DNA from: Raja brachyura
Lineage: Eukaryota
DNA: 64,000 nt
NCBI GenBank assembly: GCA_963514005.1
Contig: OY740790.1
Location: 15,872,001-15,936,000, forward strand
Direction of reading: 5' to 3'
A program made the translations under genes and the position numbers. The notes under the pieces are model-generated. The model was given only the letters and a program-made list of their open reading frames with translations. It ran no database searches and was not told the DNA's origin. Positions 37,203 through 50,158 of the stretch are shown here, in pieces. Each line of letters opens with the position of its first letter. Position 1 is the first letter of the stretch.

Positions 37203-38492
37203 ATGTATTTGTCCTCCATGTATCATTGTAATGCACACAGGATTTCCTGTGCAGTGCGCAAAACATGCTGGGAAGTCACTTCCAAGAATTTTTACCCAAG
37301 GAAATTCGGCCTGCTACACATCAATGATTTAACACACCTATCTGACTTAGTTTGGTTTCTAATCAGTAATGGCCTTGCAAAAGTGTACAAGTGTACTGTG
37401 ATGAGCAGCTATTGGACTCCTTTGGCATTTTTGTAAGAGAAAAAAGTAGCATCTGTGAATATATTTTTTTATTTCATGTTTAGGACTTTGCTCTTAAACT
37501 GAAAAACATAAGCAATTGGAAAAAAACAGTCAGCCCATTGAGGTTACTTCACCATTCATCTGCTATCTGGTCTATTTTCCATTGGAGTATCCAGATAACA
37601 ATCCCTTTAGAGTTCTAACTTAATGTTCTCAGCTTTGAGCATACTCAGTAATAGAATGGATGGCTCTTGCCAACTTGGAAGATAGATTATTTTGAACACT
37701 CATTCTATCTGTTTTATGTTTGTTTTAGGGTCACTTTGCCAAAATGTTTGCTTGATTCTGTGCTCTTTTGCTACTCGTGTATTAACAATTTTCAGGAAGC
37801 CTGTGTGCTGTTGCATTGATTTGGCTCTAATCTAATTGCCCAGAACATGTTGAATTTAATTAATTGTCTGCTAAATTATGCTGTTGTCTGACAATTCTCT
37901 TACCCTTATCCACAATGATGAACCTACTGGTGTACTACATTCCCATCAGCAATGCCCTGCACAGTTCCAGAGCTCTGCGTAACATATTCTCTAGCAAAAT
38001 TATTAAAAATAAATGTTAATAGTTTTATTCTTACCTTACTTCCTGGCAACCATTGAATCTCCAATCATCCAAAATGAGTACATTGATTTTGCAGCAGATC
38101 TACATTTGTGCAGGTCCATCAGATTCCCAGTGTAAATTCCTGCATATTCATGGTCCATCATTGAAATTTGCATTTGCACTAAAGTCTCAGATTGGCTTTA
38201 GGTTAAAGTTTTGTACATACTGCTGTTTCTCCATAAACTTCAGCTTCATTACATGAGAGCATGCAATTGAGAATTGTTCTGTGAAGGTGATTTATTTTCC
38301 TTTTAAAAAACAATCTTGTCATATAATTATGCTCTAATTTAATTAAAAAAGAATGGCACTTCAATTCTTTGCATTAGAGTCTGGAAGTATATTATAAATA
38401 TGTCACCAAAAATAAATGGTTTTCCCACATTCATTGAAAGACATCAGTAGAGTTGAGTTTATTAAAAAAAACCATACATACCTTGTTCTCAG

Positions 38493-38588
38493 ATCTCTGG
38501 GTGGAGGATGAAGCCACATACATCTGTGAAGCTGAAAACCAGTTTGGAAAGATCCAGGCTCGGGCCACTGTGACAGTAACAGGATTGG
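38493..38588 (+). CDS. HMCN1: HMCN1 exon G (96 nt, phase 1-1)
   Basis: ctcag|ATCTCTGG...GGATTGG|gtaagt; NLWVEDEATYICEAENQFGKIQARATVTVTGL. Confidence 0.93.
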
Positions 38589-38807
38589 GTAAGTAGTTAA
38601 ATCTGAAAACATAGAACAGTAATCGTGACAGATATCTTAATGTACAAGTCAGATGAAACACTAGACAATGCAATGATGACAGATATCACTTAATGTTTAG
38701 TTTTAGTTTTTAGTTTTAGAGATACAGCACGGAAACAGGCCCTTCCGCCCACCGGGTCTGCGTCAACCAGCAATCCCTGCATATTAACACTATCCTACAC
38801 ACACTAG

Positions 38808-39817
38808 AGTCATAGAGTGAAACAGTGTGGAAACAGCCCCTTTGACCTAACTTGTCCACACCAGCCAACAATGTCCTATCTACACTAGTCCCACTTGCCT
38901 GCGCTTGGTCCATATCCCTCCAAACCAGTCGTATCCATGTACCTCCTCTGGCAGCTTGTTCCAAACCTGTCGTATCAACTACCTCCTCTGGCAGCTTGTT
39001 CCATACACCCACCACCCTTTCTATGAAAAGGTTACCTCTCGGATTCCTATTAAATCTTTTCCCCTTGAACCTATGTCCTCTGATCCTCGATTCCCCTACT
39101 CTGGGCAAGAGACTCTACGCATCTACCCGATCTATTCCTCTCATGATTTTGTACACCTCTATAAGATCCCCCCTCATCCTCCTGCGCTCCTTGGAGTAGA
39201 GACCCTGCCTACTCAACCTCTCCCTATAGCTCACATCTCTAGTCTTGGCAACATCCTCGTAAATATTTTCTGAACCCTTTCAAGCTTGACAATGTCCTTC
39301 CTATAACATGGTGCCCAGAACGGAACACAATATTCTAAATGCAGTCTCACCAACGTCTTATACAAGTGCAACATGATCTCCTAACTTCTATACTCAATAC
39401 TCTGACTGATGAATGCCAAAGTGCCAAAAGCCTTTTTGACCAACTTATCTATCTGTGAATTGACCTTCAAGGAACAATGCACCTGTACTCCTAGATTCCT
39501 CTACTCTATAACACTACCCAGAGGCCTGCCATTTACTGTGTTGGTCCTGCCCTTGTTCGACGTCCCAAAATACAACATCTCACACTTCTCCGTATTAAAT
39601 TCCATCAACCATTCCTCCGTCTACCTGGCCAATCGATCCAGATCCTGCTGCAATCTTTCACAACCATCTCACTATCTGCAAAACCACTCACTTTTATATC
39701 ATCAGCAAACTTGCTAATCTTGCTCTGTATGTTCTCATCCAAATCGTTGATGTAGATGGCAAACAGTAACAGGCCCAACACCGAACACTGAGGCACACCA
39801 CTAGTCACAGGCCTCCA
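38808..39817 (-). mobile_element. CR1-like LINE 3' fragment inserted in a SINE
   Basis: TSGVPQCSVLG, YINDLD, SKFADD, VWNKLP; SINE halves on both sides. Confidence 0.88.
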
Positions 39818-39997
39818 GGGACTAGGGACAATTTTTACAATTTCACCAAGCCAATTAACCTACATACCTGTACGTTTTTGGAGTGTGGGTTGCAGACCCA
39901 AAACGTTGATGTAAACATAGAGAAAGCACATTGATGCCTCTACTTCCTTAGAAGATTGAGGAGATACGGTATGTCAATGAATACTCTCTTGAACTTG

Positions 39998-40535
39998 CAG
40001 GCCACACACAAACTGGAGAAACAGCACCTCATAATCTGCTGGGATAGTTTACAACCTAATGATATGATAATTGAATTCCCCAATTTTAGGAAACCAACCT
40101 ACAAATACGACCCCACCTTCTCCCCCTTCCTCTCCTCTCTCTTTGCAGTGGCCTATTTCTCTTCTCCTCCACTTCTACCTATATTCCTATATTCTCTTCT
40201 CCTCCACTTCTACCTATATTCCTTCCTCTTGCTACACAATTCTCACCTTTCCTATCCTTATCTTACACCTTTTGTCTTTTCATCTCTGGCCTTTGTTCAA
40301 CCATCAGCCTATCAACCCCTCACCTCTCCAGTATCCATCTATCACTTGCCAGGCTTTGCCCTGCCCCTCATTTCTCCTACTCACCCCCCCCCCCCCCACC
40401 CCAATCAGTCTGAAGATGGGTCCCGACCCAAAACATCACCTATCCATGTTCTCCAAAGATGCTTCCTGATCTGCTGAGCTACTCCAGTACTTTGTGTCAT
40501 TTTTTGTAAACCAGCATTTGCACTTCCTTGTTTGA
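39998..40535 (+). mobile_element. Penelope-like element 3' end (GIY-YIG C-terminus, pyrimidine-rich UTR, hammerhead-like motif)
   Basis: ATHKLEKQHLIICWDSLQPNDMIIEF, then CTGAAGATGGGTCCCGACCCAAAAC. Confidence 0.8.
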
Positions 40536-42224
40536 CTTCTCCCAATCAGGTCCATTGACCGGGTCATGTTGTTGCAATGTCCAGCACCAGACTCTTTTAA
40601 GTGTCTATTAAATTATCTTTTAAATTCTATTCTGAGCTCTGGACAGAGGGAAAGGTTCAACGATATTCTTATTGTAAATGTGTAACAATCAAATGACTCA
40701 TGGAAATCATCACTCAAGGTAGAACTCACAAAATGAGTTCACTTTGATGAGTGGATTAAAGAAATGATGTTAATTTTGAAGCTCAATATTTCTGTCCACA
40801 AGCAGTTTAATTATATTTACAATTATTGAGACGGCTTCATTACAATAAATTGATGTTCATAAACAGTTGTTAAGAAAGTCTTACCATAAGTTAAGGACAA
40901 TATGACATCCTCCTAAGGTGTGGCTTAACCAGAAACAGGTTGTCACAAGTTTGAAAGATCACTAATGGGGCCATTTGACTAAACGCTCATTGGATTAACC
41001 TTCTCGAGTGCCACATGTGGAAGGAGGATTAGTGGAAAATCTCCACTGAATGTCTGACAATGCAGTATTAGGAGAGTTCAAGGTGAGTTTATTGTCACAT
41101 GTACCAATTAATAAATTTGAATAACCATACTGCCATACTAAAAAAAAAACCCAACAAGACACTCAACTGCATAAAAGAACATAAACACCACCACAGCGGT
41201 TTCCCCACATTCCTCACTGTGATGGAAGGCAATAAAGTCAAATCTTCTTCCTCTTTATTCTCCCGTGATCGGGGCAGTTGAACCATCTGCAGTTGGGGCG
41301 ATGGAAGCTCCCACAGCCGGCAGTCGAAGCTCCCGCATCAGGATAATGGAAGCTCCTGCATCTAGGCGGTCGCAGCTCCTGCGGCTTGGAGTTCCCGATG
41401 TCGGTCTCTGACCAGAGACCGCAAACTCCGTGATGTTTCCCGCAGACTCCTGCTGTAAAGCTCAGAGGTCGATCCCTGGCAAAGGGATCGCGGGCTACTC
41501 GATGTTAAGTTTGCAGGCACCCGTGGTGGAGCTCCCAAAATCGGTAACCGGCAAAGGCCGCCAACTCGTCGATGTTAAGCCGCAGTGCGGATGGAGAAGC
41601 AATACGGAAAAAAATCGCATCTCCATCGAAGTAAGAGATTAGAAAAAGTTTCCCCCAGCTAACAATGCTGAAAGTGAACCAATATAATATATATTGCAAA
41701 ATCAGCTACTTTATAGCAGAGCTGTTTATTGTTGCCTGCCAATTAGACAATTGTTAAATCATTACAAAGCCATTGTTTGTCAGTCAGAAAGCCTGTCGAC
41801 CCATGGAACTGAGTACATAAATCTTGGCAGATTCTCCAGTGCGACACTGAGGAAATTCCTCATTATCAAAGGTGCCCTCTTTTGGACAACAATAAATACT
41901 CTCGGCTGAATGTAAAGCACCTTGTAATGTTATTTCAAAGATGAGCAGAGGAATTATTCATGATAATAATATTCCTTCCCACAGTATCAATTTTCTCTAA
42001 TTATCTTATCCTTAGTATACTCTGTTCTGGTGGTATCATATTTCATTTCATATTTCCTGCACGACATCAATGAATATAATTCAAAGCATGCTGAGGTGAC
42101 TGTAAAGGACTTTGGGACATCCTGAAAGGGGCTTGAAAGGCAGGAACTAATTGTGTCTTTTTACTGATAAGAGTGTGGTGGTTGTTATTGTAAGTTCAAA
42201 CACTTCATCTCTTTCCTCCCACAG

Positions 42225-42352
42225 TTAAACCGCTGATTGGCATCAGACCAGCTGTGGTCAACATCATTGAAGGGCAGCCTTTGACTTTGCCGTGTGTAAT
42301 ATTGGCTGGAAATCCTCTCCCAGAGCGACGTTGGATAAAAAATAACTTAAAG
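42225..42352 (+). CDS. HMCN1: HMCN1 exon H (128 nt, phase 1-0)
   Basis: cacag|TTAAACCG...TTAAAG|gtcagc; VKPLIGIRPAVVNIIEGQPLTLPCVILAGNPLPERRWIKNNLK. Confidence 0.93.
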
Positions 42353-42589
42353 GTCAGCAAAGCAGTAAATAGACAATGGTTAAATGGGGGAAATTGGCAC
42401 CACGCCTTTGCCTCTTACAAGATAAGCTTAAGATTTGGGTTCAGCATGCCATATGCTGGCGTTAATGAATTGCACACTGGCATTAAAATTCAGTCTATGA
42501 CTTCAGTGATGCATGGATTTTGGAAATATCTTACAAATACTGATGTCACAAGATGACACATTTAACATGGCGGGCAATACATTTCTAAG

Positions 42590-43080
42590 CAATAGACACT
42601 TATTGTGGCTCTGCCGACTGACTCGTGGCACGATTATATCCTTAAAATTATCTTGTTAGATATCTTGCATTTCCAACAAAATCGGATTGTGTGATGGTAC
42701 AATCATAGGGTAACTTGATTCCATGCCCATTGAGATGAGAGCATAGCCTGGTTGAGGATCTTTGATGATATTAGCTGCCGTCCTCAGGCAGTGCTTCCTG
42801 CAGATCCCTTCAGTGGTGGGGAGATTAAAAAATGGTAATGTCCACCACTTTTGCACCCTCCTTCATTCTTGGGCATTCCGAGTTACCGAACCAGGCCATG
42901 CTGCAACCCATCAAAATGCTGCCCAACGTATACCTGTAGAAGTTCAATAGAGTATTCGGCAACATGGCAAATCCCCTTAAAATTCTAAGGAAGTAGAGAC
43001 ATTGATGAGATTTAATTGTGATTATATAATTGTGCTGGGTCCAAAACAGATATTCAGAGATGATCTTCACACCCTGGAGC
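42590..43080 (-). mobile_element. Rex1/Babar-like LINE fragment
   Basis: SHQCLYFLRILRGF, LLNFYRYTLGSILMGCSMAWFGN. Confidence 0.78.
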
Positions 43081-45272
43081 ATTATTATATGCATTGTTAT
43101 ATCAGTGCTTCATTTAATTCCTGATATATTTGATCCTATAAATCTGCATGTCTTTGGAGTGTGGGAGGAAACCGGAGCACCCGGGGAAAATCCATGCAGT
43201 CACAGGGAGAATGTACTAACTCCGTACGGACAGCACCCAGAGTCAGGATTGAACCCGGATCTCTGATGCTGTGAGGCAACAACTCAACCGCTGTGGCACT
43301 GTTGTTGAGTGCCTCGGATCTGATGCTTTCTGCAGAAGAGTGGTACTGCTCTGTCAGGCTGCTCCTCTTTAGGTTCAGGTAGCCGAAGAACTTGCCCATT
43401 TTGGATAAGTCTGCTTTCTTGGGAATGGCCTCACTGTGCAAAGGGCCTCATGGATGAAAACATACCATGTAATCTGCACCAGTGGTGCATTTGGGCTCTT
43501 GATCAGAATCTTCCTAAAGTGCACAAAATGCACTGTGGGTAGTAAATTTGATGGTTAGTATTCTATTGACATTTTTTATGCCATTTAAAAAAAAAAATGG
43601 TTTGGAAATGGTTTTCCTATTTTCGGTGCGATAAAGGGCATCTCAATCTGTCTGCATCCTGATGGTTCATCTCCTTTTCCAGTGCTTTCTTCAGGTTGCA
43701 AACCATCTTTGCAAGGGATACAACTACTTAATGTGGTGACTACTACTTCCGCTCCTGAAGCAAATGGGATTACATGTAATGATATTTAAATAATCACTCC
43801 CCACTTTCTTTTCTTCCACTACATTTCTTCCTTCAACTGTATAGATGTCAGGTTCTGGCCTGCAGTGTTTCCACTGCAGCTCTGCGCTGGTCAGGGTTCA
43901 GTGGCCAGGAGGTATGCACCACAGCAAGGGGGTGGGGACGTTCTTGCCAGATGTTCCATATCCCACACACAACACTGTTCCATGGAACAAATGAGAATAA
44001 TTAAAGGGTACACATCACTGTACCAAGGAACTAAGAGCTGGGCACCGTTCTCAGAGCAGCCCACTCCAAAAATTCCACTTCAGAGCTGCAACATGCCTAA
44101 TAGGATAATTGGTGGCTGCATTATAGCCAAAGGACTGTGTTTTACCCCATGCTTTTCCCATCCCACCCCCTCCCCACACACACAGCATCCTAGCCAAATT
44201 AGGTAGCACACAAGGATTTTATTAAACCTGCATCCAGCTTAATTAGGAGGTCCAATTTGAGAAAAATGTTGCGCAAACTACAGGTCTACACACCAATGAA
44301 AATGCTGTCAGTCTCTATCAGTCTCTGACCTTTCTAGTGCTTGTTAAAAAAAAAACAGCATCCTACCAGCCAACCTCTTTGCTCCTCTATAAAAAAACAG
44401 GACTTTTTTTAAAGGTTTTTTTGGCATTACTCCTGGTAGATAACTACCCAATAGAAACCCATCCTTCATCTGCTTAAATCAGGAAACCCCCATTCATTCC
44501 AGGGATAGCTTTAATGAAACCACATTAGAGACAGAACAGTTGGAGTGACTGGTCGATCTGTGATCCAATGTCCCCTCAGAGGCCTGGAGCAAAACACATT
44601 TGGAGTGTTGAGCAATGGAAAATGTCCCCATTTTCTAATCCTTTGACTAAGATATGAAGGCACCACATGGTAGTTACACCCCGATCCTTTTACCTGAAGC
44701 AGCCATTGAATTAAAGCCTCTCTTTTCTTTCTAATTCAATGGAAAGCTAAGATAGTTGGTTTCAATACAGATCTATTTGGGTTGCTCACAGAGTACAGTA
44801 AAGGCCACTGTTTATTTGCATTGGAATTTCTAAAAAACTTACAGCACGAGTTATTCGCCAAGAACACTCAGTTGTAGAATTAGGTGCTCTTCCAAAAGGG
44901 AAGAAAATATTTTTTGGGGATAAGATGCGATTTTAATTGAGATAAAATTGTGCAAAGCCTGACCATTCTTTGATTCTGAGGCAAACTGAAACCAGAGGCA
45001 CGCTGAGGAAAAGGGATATATATGACAGTAGTGTCTGACAGACAGAGGTTGAAAATAAGGGAAACTACCAATGAAAACTTTTCCAAAGGAGCCATTTCCA
45101 AAATTGTAAACTTATGCTGCTTTCGTACTTTCTATGCATCATCATCACTTTCTAGTGATTCATAACATCCCAACATAGAATTGGAAATCTGTGGTTGACA
45201 GTGAAAAGTATAAAACTATGAGGGAATGAATTAGTTATATATCAATGCAGTAAGTTTTCACCCCTTCCCTAG

Positions 45273-45417
45273 GTGATATCAGATGGGTATGTGACTGTAC
45301 GCAGGGATAAAAGTCTTCATATTGAAAGGATTCGCCTACGAGATGGTGGAAAATATATGTGCCTTGCCAGCAACGTGGCTGGAACAAGCAACAGAACAAC
45401 TACTGTGACCATATTTG
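45273..45417 (+). CDS. HMCN1: HMCN1 exon I (145 nt, phase 0-1)
   Basis: cctag|GTGATATC...ATATTTG|gtgagt; VISDGYVTVRRDKSLHIERIRLRDGGKYMCLASNVAGTSNRTTTVTIF. Confidence 0.93.
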
Positions 45418-46169
45418 GTGAGTGCTACTCAACTGACAGTGTTGGTGATATCACCTGACTAGAGCGGAAGGAGTACCTGGAATCAGTGTTGTCGTAAAAT
45501 AGTTGGGATGAGCTTGATCCCCATCCACAGTATCTTCCCGCCTTCTCATTCACATGCTTTGAAAACACTGAACTACCTTGTACCTTTGATATTTAACTTG
45601 TGAAAAATATCATGCTGAATTAATTATAAATTATTTCCACACAACCTATTAATTTACCAGATGTACTACCTGCAAGGGCAATAACAAAATTGATTATTTC
45701 GAGGAACATTTTGTATTAGGTAGGGTTCCTGTACCCTTTCATTATATGCCTTATCCTTTTTATAACTTTCTAAAGCCATTTATAAATGAATAGTGGGGTA
45801 ATAAAAATGTTATGGTTGAATGCCTTTGCTTCTCGCTGTCAGTTTTATTCACAGAAACATTGGACAAGGAGGAAGTCATTCCATCCTCCACCTCTCCACC
45901 TGCCTTTTCCATTCAATTAAATATAGGATGATGCGAATTTCAATTTACTCACCATGGCTCCATCCCATGATATCTCCTGTAATAAAAAAAGACCCATTTT
46001 GATGTTCTGAGGGGACATTTTCTCAAATAACTTATGTGAAAAAGTACTAATGAATTCACTACTAATGGCTGAACCCCAATGCTAGTTTAAATGTCTGTAA
46101 ACGTCACTTTGAACATATTTAATGGATCTCCAGGGTGGAAAATTGCAAAGATTTATGACTCCCTTAAGG

Positions 46170-46802
46170 TGCCGAAGTAGAGATGATTGAAAGCTTCAAA
46201 TTCCTCAGAGTAAATATCACCAACAATTTCTCCGCAACCACCCATTTTGAAGCAATGGCCAAGAAAGCACACCATTGCCTCTACTTCCTTAGAAGGCTTA
46301 GGAAGTTCGGCATGTCCCCAACAACTCTCACCAACTTCTACAGATGCGCCGTAGAAAGCATTTTATCAGGATGCATCTCAGCATTTGGGGACAAGTTACG
46401 CAAGAAATTGCAGAGAATTGTGGACTTTCACAAACCATCCTTCCTTCCATTGACTTAATTTACACCTCGCGCTGCCTCAGGAAGGCCACTAGCATTTATC
46501 AAGAATGAATCGCACCCCGCCACTCCCTCTTCTCCCCTCTCACATCGGACAACAGGTATTTTAGTGTAAAAACACACACCTCCAGATTCAGGGACAGTTT
46601 CTTCCCAGCTGCTATGAGGCAACTGAACCATCTTAGCACAACAAGAGTGCAGCCCTGAGTTACCAGCTACCACATTTGAAACCCTCGGACTATCTTTGAT
46701 TGGACTTTACTGGGCATTATCTTACACTAAACGCTATTCACAATATTTCCTTTATCATGTATCTGTACACTGTGGATTGCTCGATTGTAATCACGTATTA
46801 TC
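46170..46802 (+). mobile_element. Rex1/Babar-like LINE 3' fragment
   Basis: ESFKFLRVNIT, AKKAHHCLYFLRRLRKF, LTNFYRCAVESILSGCI. Confidence 0.82.
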
Positions 46803-46804
46803 TT

Positions 46805-47712
46805 AGACAATAGACAATAGGTGCAGGAGTAGGCCATTCGGCCCTTCGAGCCAGCACTTCCATTCACTGTGATTATGGCTGATCATCCCCAATCAGTACC
46901 CTGTCCCTGCCTTCTCCCCATATCTCCTGACTCAGCTATCTTTAAGAGCCCTATATAGCTCTTTCTTGAAATTATCCAGAGAACCGGCTTCCACTGCCCT
47001 CTGGGGCAGAGAATTCCACAGACTCACAATTCTCTGTGTGGAGTAGTGTCTCCTGGTCTCCGTTCTAAATGGCTTACCCCTGATTCTTAAACTGTGGCCC
47101 CTAGTTCTGGACTCCCCCAACATCGGGAACATGTTTCCTGCCTCTAGCATGTCCAAACTCTTGATAACCTTATATGTTTCTATAAGATCCCCCCTCATCC
47201 TTCTAAACTCCAGTGTATATAAGCCCAGCCGCTCCATTCTCTCGGCATATGACAGTCCCGCCATCTCGGGAATTAACTTTGTAAACCTACGCTGCCTCAA
47301 TAGCAAGAATGTCCTTCCTCAAATTAGGGGACCAAAACTGCACACAATTCTCCAGGTGTGGTCTCACGAGGACCCTGTATAACTGCAGAAGGACCTCTTT
47401 GCTCCTATAGTTAACTCCTCTTGTTATGAAGGCCAACACGCCTTTCACTTTCTTCACTGCCTGCAGTACCTGCATGCTTACTTTCATTGACTGATGAACA
47501 AGGACCCCCAGATCCCGTTGTACTTCCCCTTTTCTCAACTTGACACCATTTAGATAATAATCTGCCTTCCTGTTTTTGCTACCAAAGTGGATAACCTCAC
47601 ATTTATCCACATTAAACTGCATCTGCCAGGGATCTGCCCACTCACCCAACCTGTCCAAGTCACCCTGCATTCTCATAGCATTCTTCTCACAGTTCACACT
47701 GCCACCCAGCAT
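46805..47712 (-). mobile_element. CR1/HER1-like LINE 3' fragment
   Basis: WQMQFNVDKCEV, RDLGVLV, LVRPHLENCVQFWSP, WNSLP; (CTATTGT)n tail. Confidence 0.9.
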
Positions 47713-47828
47713 CTGCAGTTCCTTCCTGCACGACCTAGTAGGACAGATAAGTGTGGAACAATTAACCATGTCAGAGTTGAATCCAGCCATGCATATCCAG
47801 TTATTAATTAGTTATTTATCTCTTCCAG

Positions 47829-47941
47829 TGCTCCCCACCATACAACATGGACCTCAGATATTCAGCACCATTGAGGGAGTTCCAGTTCGACTACCTTGCA
47901 AAGTACATGGTGTTCCCAAGCCTTCCGTTGTCTGGTCTAAG
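47829..47941 (+). CDS. HMCN1: HMCN1 exon J (113 nt, phase 1-0)
   Basis: tccag|TGCTCCCC...TCTAAG|gtatgt; VLPTIQHGPQIFSTIEGVPVRLPCKVHGVPKPSVVWSK. Confidence 0.94.
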
Positions 47942-48029
47942 GTATGTATCCTGGGTTGCACACATTCATCGGAATCAAAAAAAGCAAAAGGATCGATTTT
48001 CTGCAAATGATTTGTATCTTCCTTTACAG

Positions 48030-48189
48030 AATGGCGAACTCATCAGCCAGCATTTGAGGAACGTCAGTATTGAATCCGATGGCAGTTTACTAATATCTTC
48101 ACCAAGTGGCAAAGAGACTGGGGAATTTGTGTGCACAGCCACAAACGCCGCAGGTTACACCTCACGCAAAGTTCAGCTGACAGTTTATG
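48030..48189 (+). CDS. HMCN1: HMCN1 exon K (160 nt, phase 0-1), after an 88-nt intron
   Basis: tacag|AATGGCGAA...GTTTATG|gtacga; NGELISQHLRNVSIESDGSLLISSPSGKETGEFVCTATNAAGYTSRKVQLTVY. Confidence 0.94.
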
Positions 48190-48324
48190 GTACGAGTACA
48201 TATTTAATCTCATTGTAGAATCTAATTTATTGGTTAGAGATTGCAGGTCCTGGCTTGTGGAATGTGTTCTTTAGTGTTGACAGGAGTACAGCAATTACTA
48301 AACGGAATCATTAATCATAATTTG

Positions 48325-49240
48325 AGTGAGGAAACAAGGAACTGTAGACGCTGGTTAAAACACAAAAGGAGTCAATGTGTTGGAGTAACCGAGTAGGTCA
48401 GAGAGCATCTTTGGAGAACGGTGACATTTCGGGTCAAGACACTTCTTCAGACAGATTGTTGGGTGGGGGGGGGGGGGGGGGATGCTGGAAAAGGGAGAGG
48501 TTGGAGAGTGTGTGGCAACATAGGCAAATGGGGGGGGGGGGGGGGGGTTGATAGGCAGATGGCCGTCGCAAAGGCTAGAGATAAGAAAGGAAGGTGTATG
48601 ACAAGTTTGAAGAATTACAGTTTGTAATTGTTACCAGAGGGAGGAAAGTAGAAGGAAGGGGATGGGGGTGGACAGAGGAAAGAAATAGGTGAGATTCCAG
48701 GTGGGGCACAAGGGTGGGAAGGGAAAGGGAGGAGGTGGGGCAGTTTGGTAGGGGGGGGGGGGGGAGTGGGGGGGTTGGGGTTTGGGTTTGTAAAAGGTTA
48801 CCTAACATTGGAGAATTCAATGTTCCTATTGTTGGGCTGGAAGCTGAGGTGCTGTTCTTCCAGTTTGCGTGTGGCCTCTGTCTGTCAATGGTGGAAACCC
48901 AGGACAGAAAGGTCAGCTCAGGTGCAGAAGGGCAGCCCCTATGCAGCTGACAATGTAGAACTCGTGGATTTTATTAGTTTCACCACTAATTTTCACCCTG
49001 CTCTCAAATTCACCTAGCCTACTTCTGACACCTCTCTCCCCTTCCTTAATTTCTCTGTCTCCATTACAGGAGACAGACTATTGACGGACGTCTATTATAA
49101 ACCTAGCAACTCCTCCAGTTACCTGGACTACATTTCATCCTACTCAGCCAAGATGCAAAAATGCTATTCCCTACTCACAATTCGACCATCTCCACAGCAT
49201 TGCTCCCAAAACCAGACTTTCCATGTTAGGGCATCTTTCA
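48325..49240. mobile_element. Penelope-like element with internal inversion (3' end on minus 48325-48920; RT fragment on plus ~48950-49240)
   Basis: Minus: EATRKLEEQHL..NIEFSN; plus: FTTNFHPALKFT, LPFLNFSVSI, TDVYYKPS..SYLDY, CKNAIPYSQF. Confidence 0.82.
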
Positions 49241-49450
49241 TTTGTAAACACAGATATGGGACCCAAAATGGCTCACAATGCTCTGAATGGGGGGGGTGAG
49301 AAGCTAGAAAAGGGGAGGCAGGATAAAGCATGGCAGATAATAGGGTGGCGCAGTTGGGGTTGTCAAGTTTCATTCTGAGAATTCGTTATTTTGTTTGCAA
49401 GTCAGGGCAATGTTTGATTATTTTAATTCTCAAGCATATTCTACTTCCAG

Positions 49451-49622
49451 TTAAACCAAGAATTGGTACTAAGTCGGGAGGAGGATCTGCAGGGAGAGGT
49501 CCAATGGAATTATCAGTGATAGAAGGAGAAGATATGACGTTGCCTTGTGAAGTCCATAGCTTTCCACCTCCCATTATCCGCTGGGCGAAAAATATGCAGC
49601 TTATCTCTCCTTTCTCACCAAG
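49451..49622 (+). CDS. HMCN1: HMCN1 exon L (172 nt, phase 1-2)
   Basis: tccag|TTAAACCA...CCAAG|gtaact; VKPRIGTKSGGGSAGRGPMELSVIEGEDMTLPCEVHSFPPPIIRWAKNMQLISPFSPR. Confidence 0.94.
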
Positions 49623-50022
49623 GTAACTCAAGATTAAACATGGATCCGCCTGAGAGCATTTCTCTCATTTCACTATTACCTGTAAGTGTGCTATGCACAG
49701 CTTTTGGATAATACTAGGCACATAAATTGTGAGGGGGCATACTGTGCAAATAAAGGTTGGGGTTATATTTCACTTGAGTAAATGTGGTTATTATTGTCAT
49801 CACTGATTTGTAACCTTTAAGTTATTTACAGATTCAGATAAAGTTTAGTTTCCATTGCTCGTTGTTTTTCTTTGTTCTTCATAATGCTTTAATTGCACAA
49901 TAGAATTACTGCGTTCACATTTGCAACCTATGTATGTACCTCCTCTCAATATATGCCAACATAAGTTGAATAGCTTATGTTTTCGCAACATGGAAGATGA
50001 ACCGATCTAAACATGAGTTCTT

Positions 50023-50158
50023 CTTCTTCTTTCGTGTGGCGTGCACAGCATACAGTCGTAGGACAACTTGTTCTATTTGACCTTCTGTTTGAGCACGTCG
50101 AGTTGATTGCATTAGTCGAAACAGGGCGGACCTCATGAAGGTTGCAACCTTCCACCCC
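50023..50158 (-). mobile_element. Short (136 bp) non-autonomous retroposon with (GAA)n tail and 10-11 bp TSD, probably Ingi/Vingi- or RTE-related
   Basis: Direct repeat ATGAGTTCTT at 50013-50022 and 50159-50168. The minus strand starts GGGGTGG and ends ...GCCACACGAAAGAAGAAG. No tRNA A/B boxes. Family assignment is inference. Confidence 0.8.
50105..50158 (-). ncRNA. Candidate minimal HDV-like (CPEB3-type) self-cleaving ribozyme
   Basis: GGGGUGG-AA-GGUUGCA-ACC-UUCAUGA-GGU-CCGCCCU-GU-UUCGA-CUAA-UGCAAUC: P1 7 bp with G1.U wobble, P2 7 bp, P3 3 bp, 7-nt L3, J4/2 CUAA, in HDV nested double-pseudoknot order. Confidence 0.78.

Noticed and set aside
47576-48010. 144-aa ORF suggesting a LINE-HMCN1 fusion or extended exon
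   Set aside because: Chance read-through from antisense CR1 into exon J; a canonical acceptor at 47828 gives the expected phase and size.
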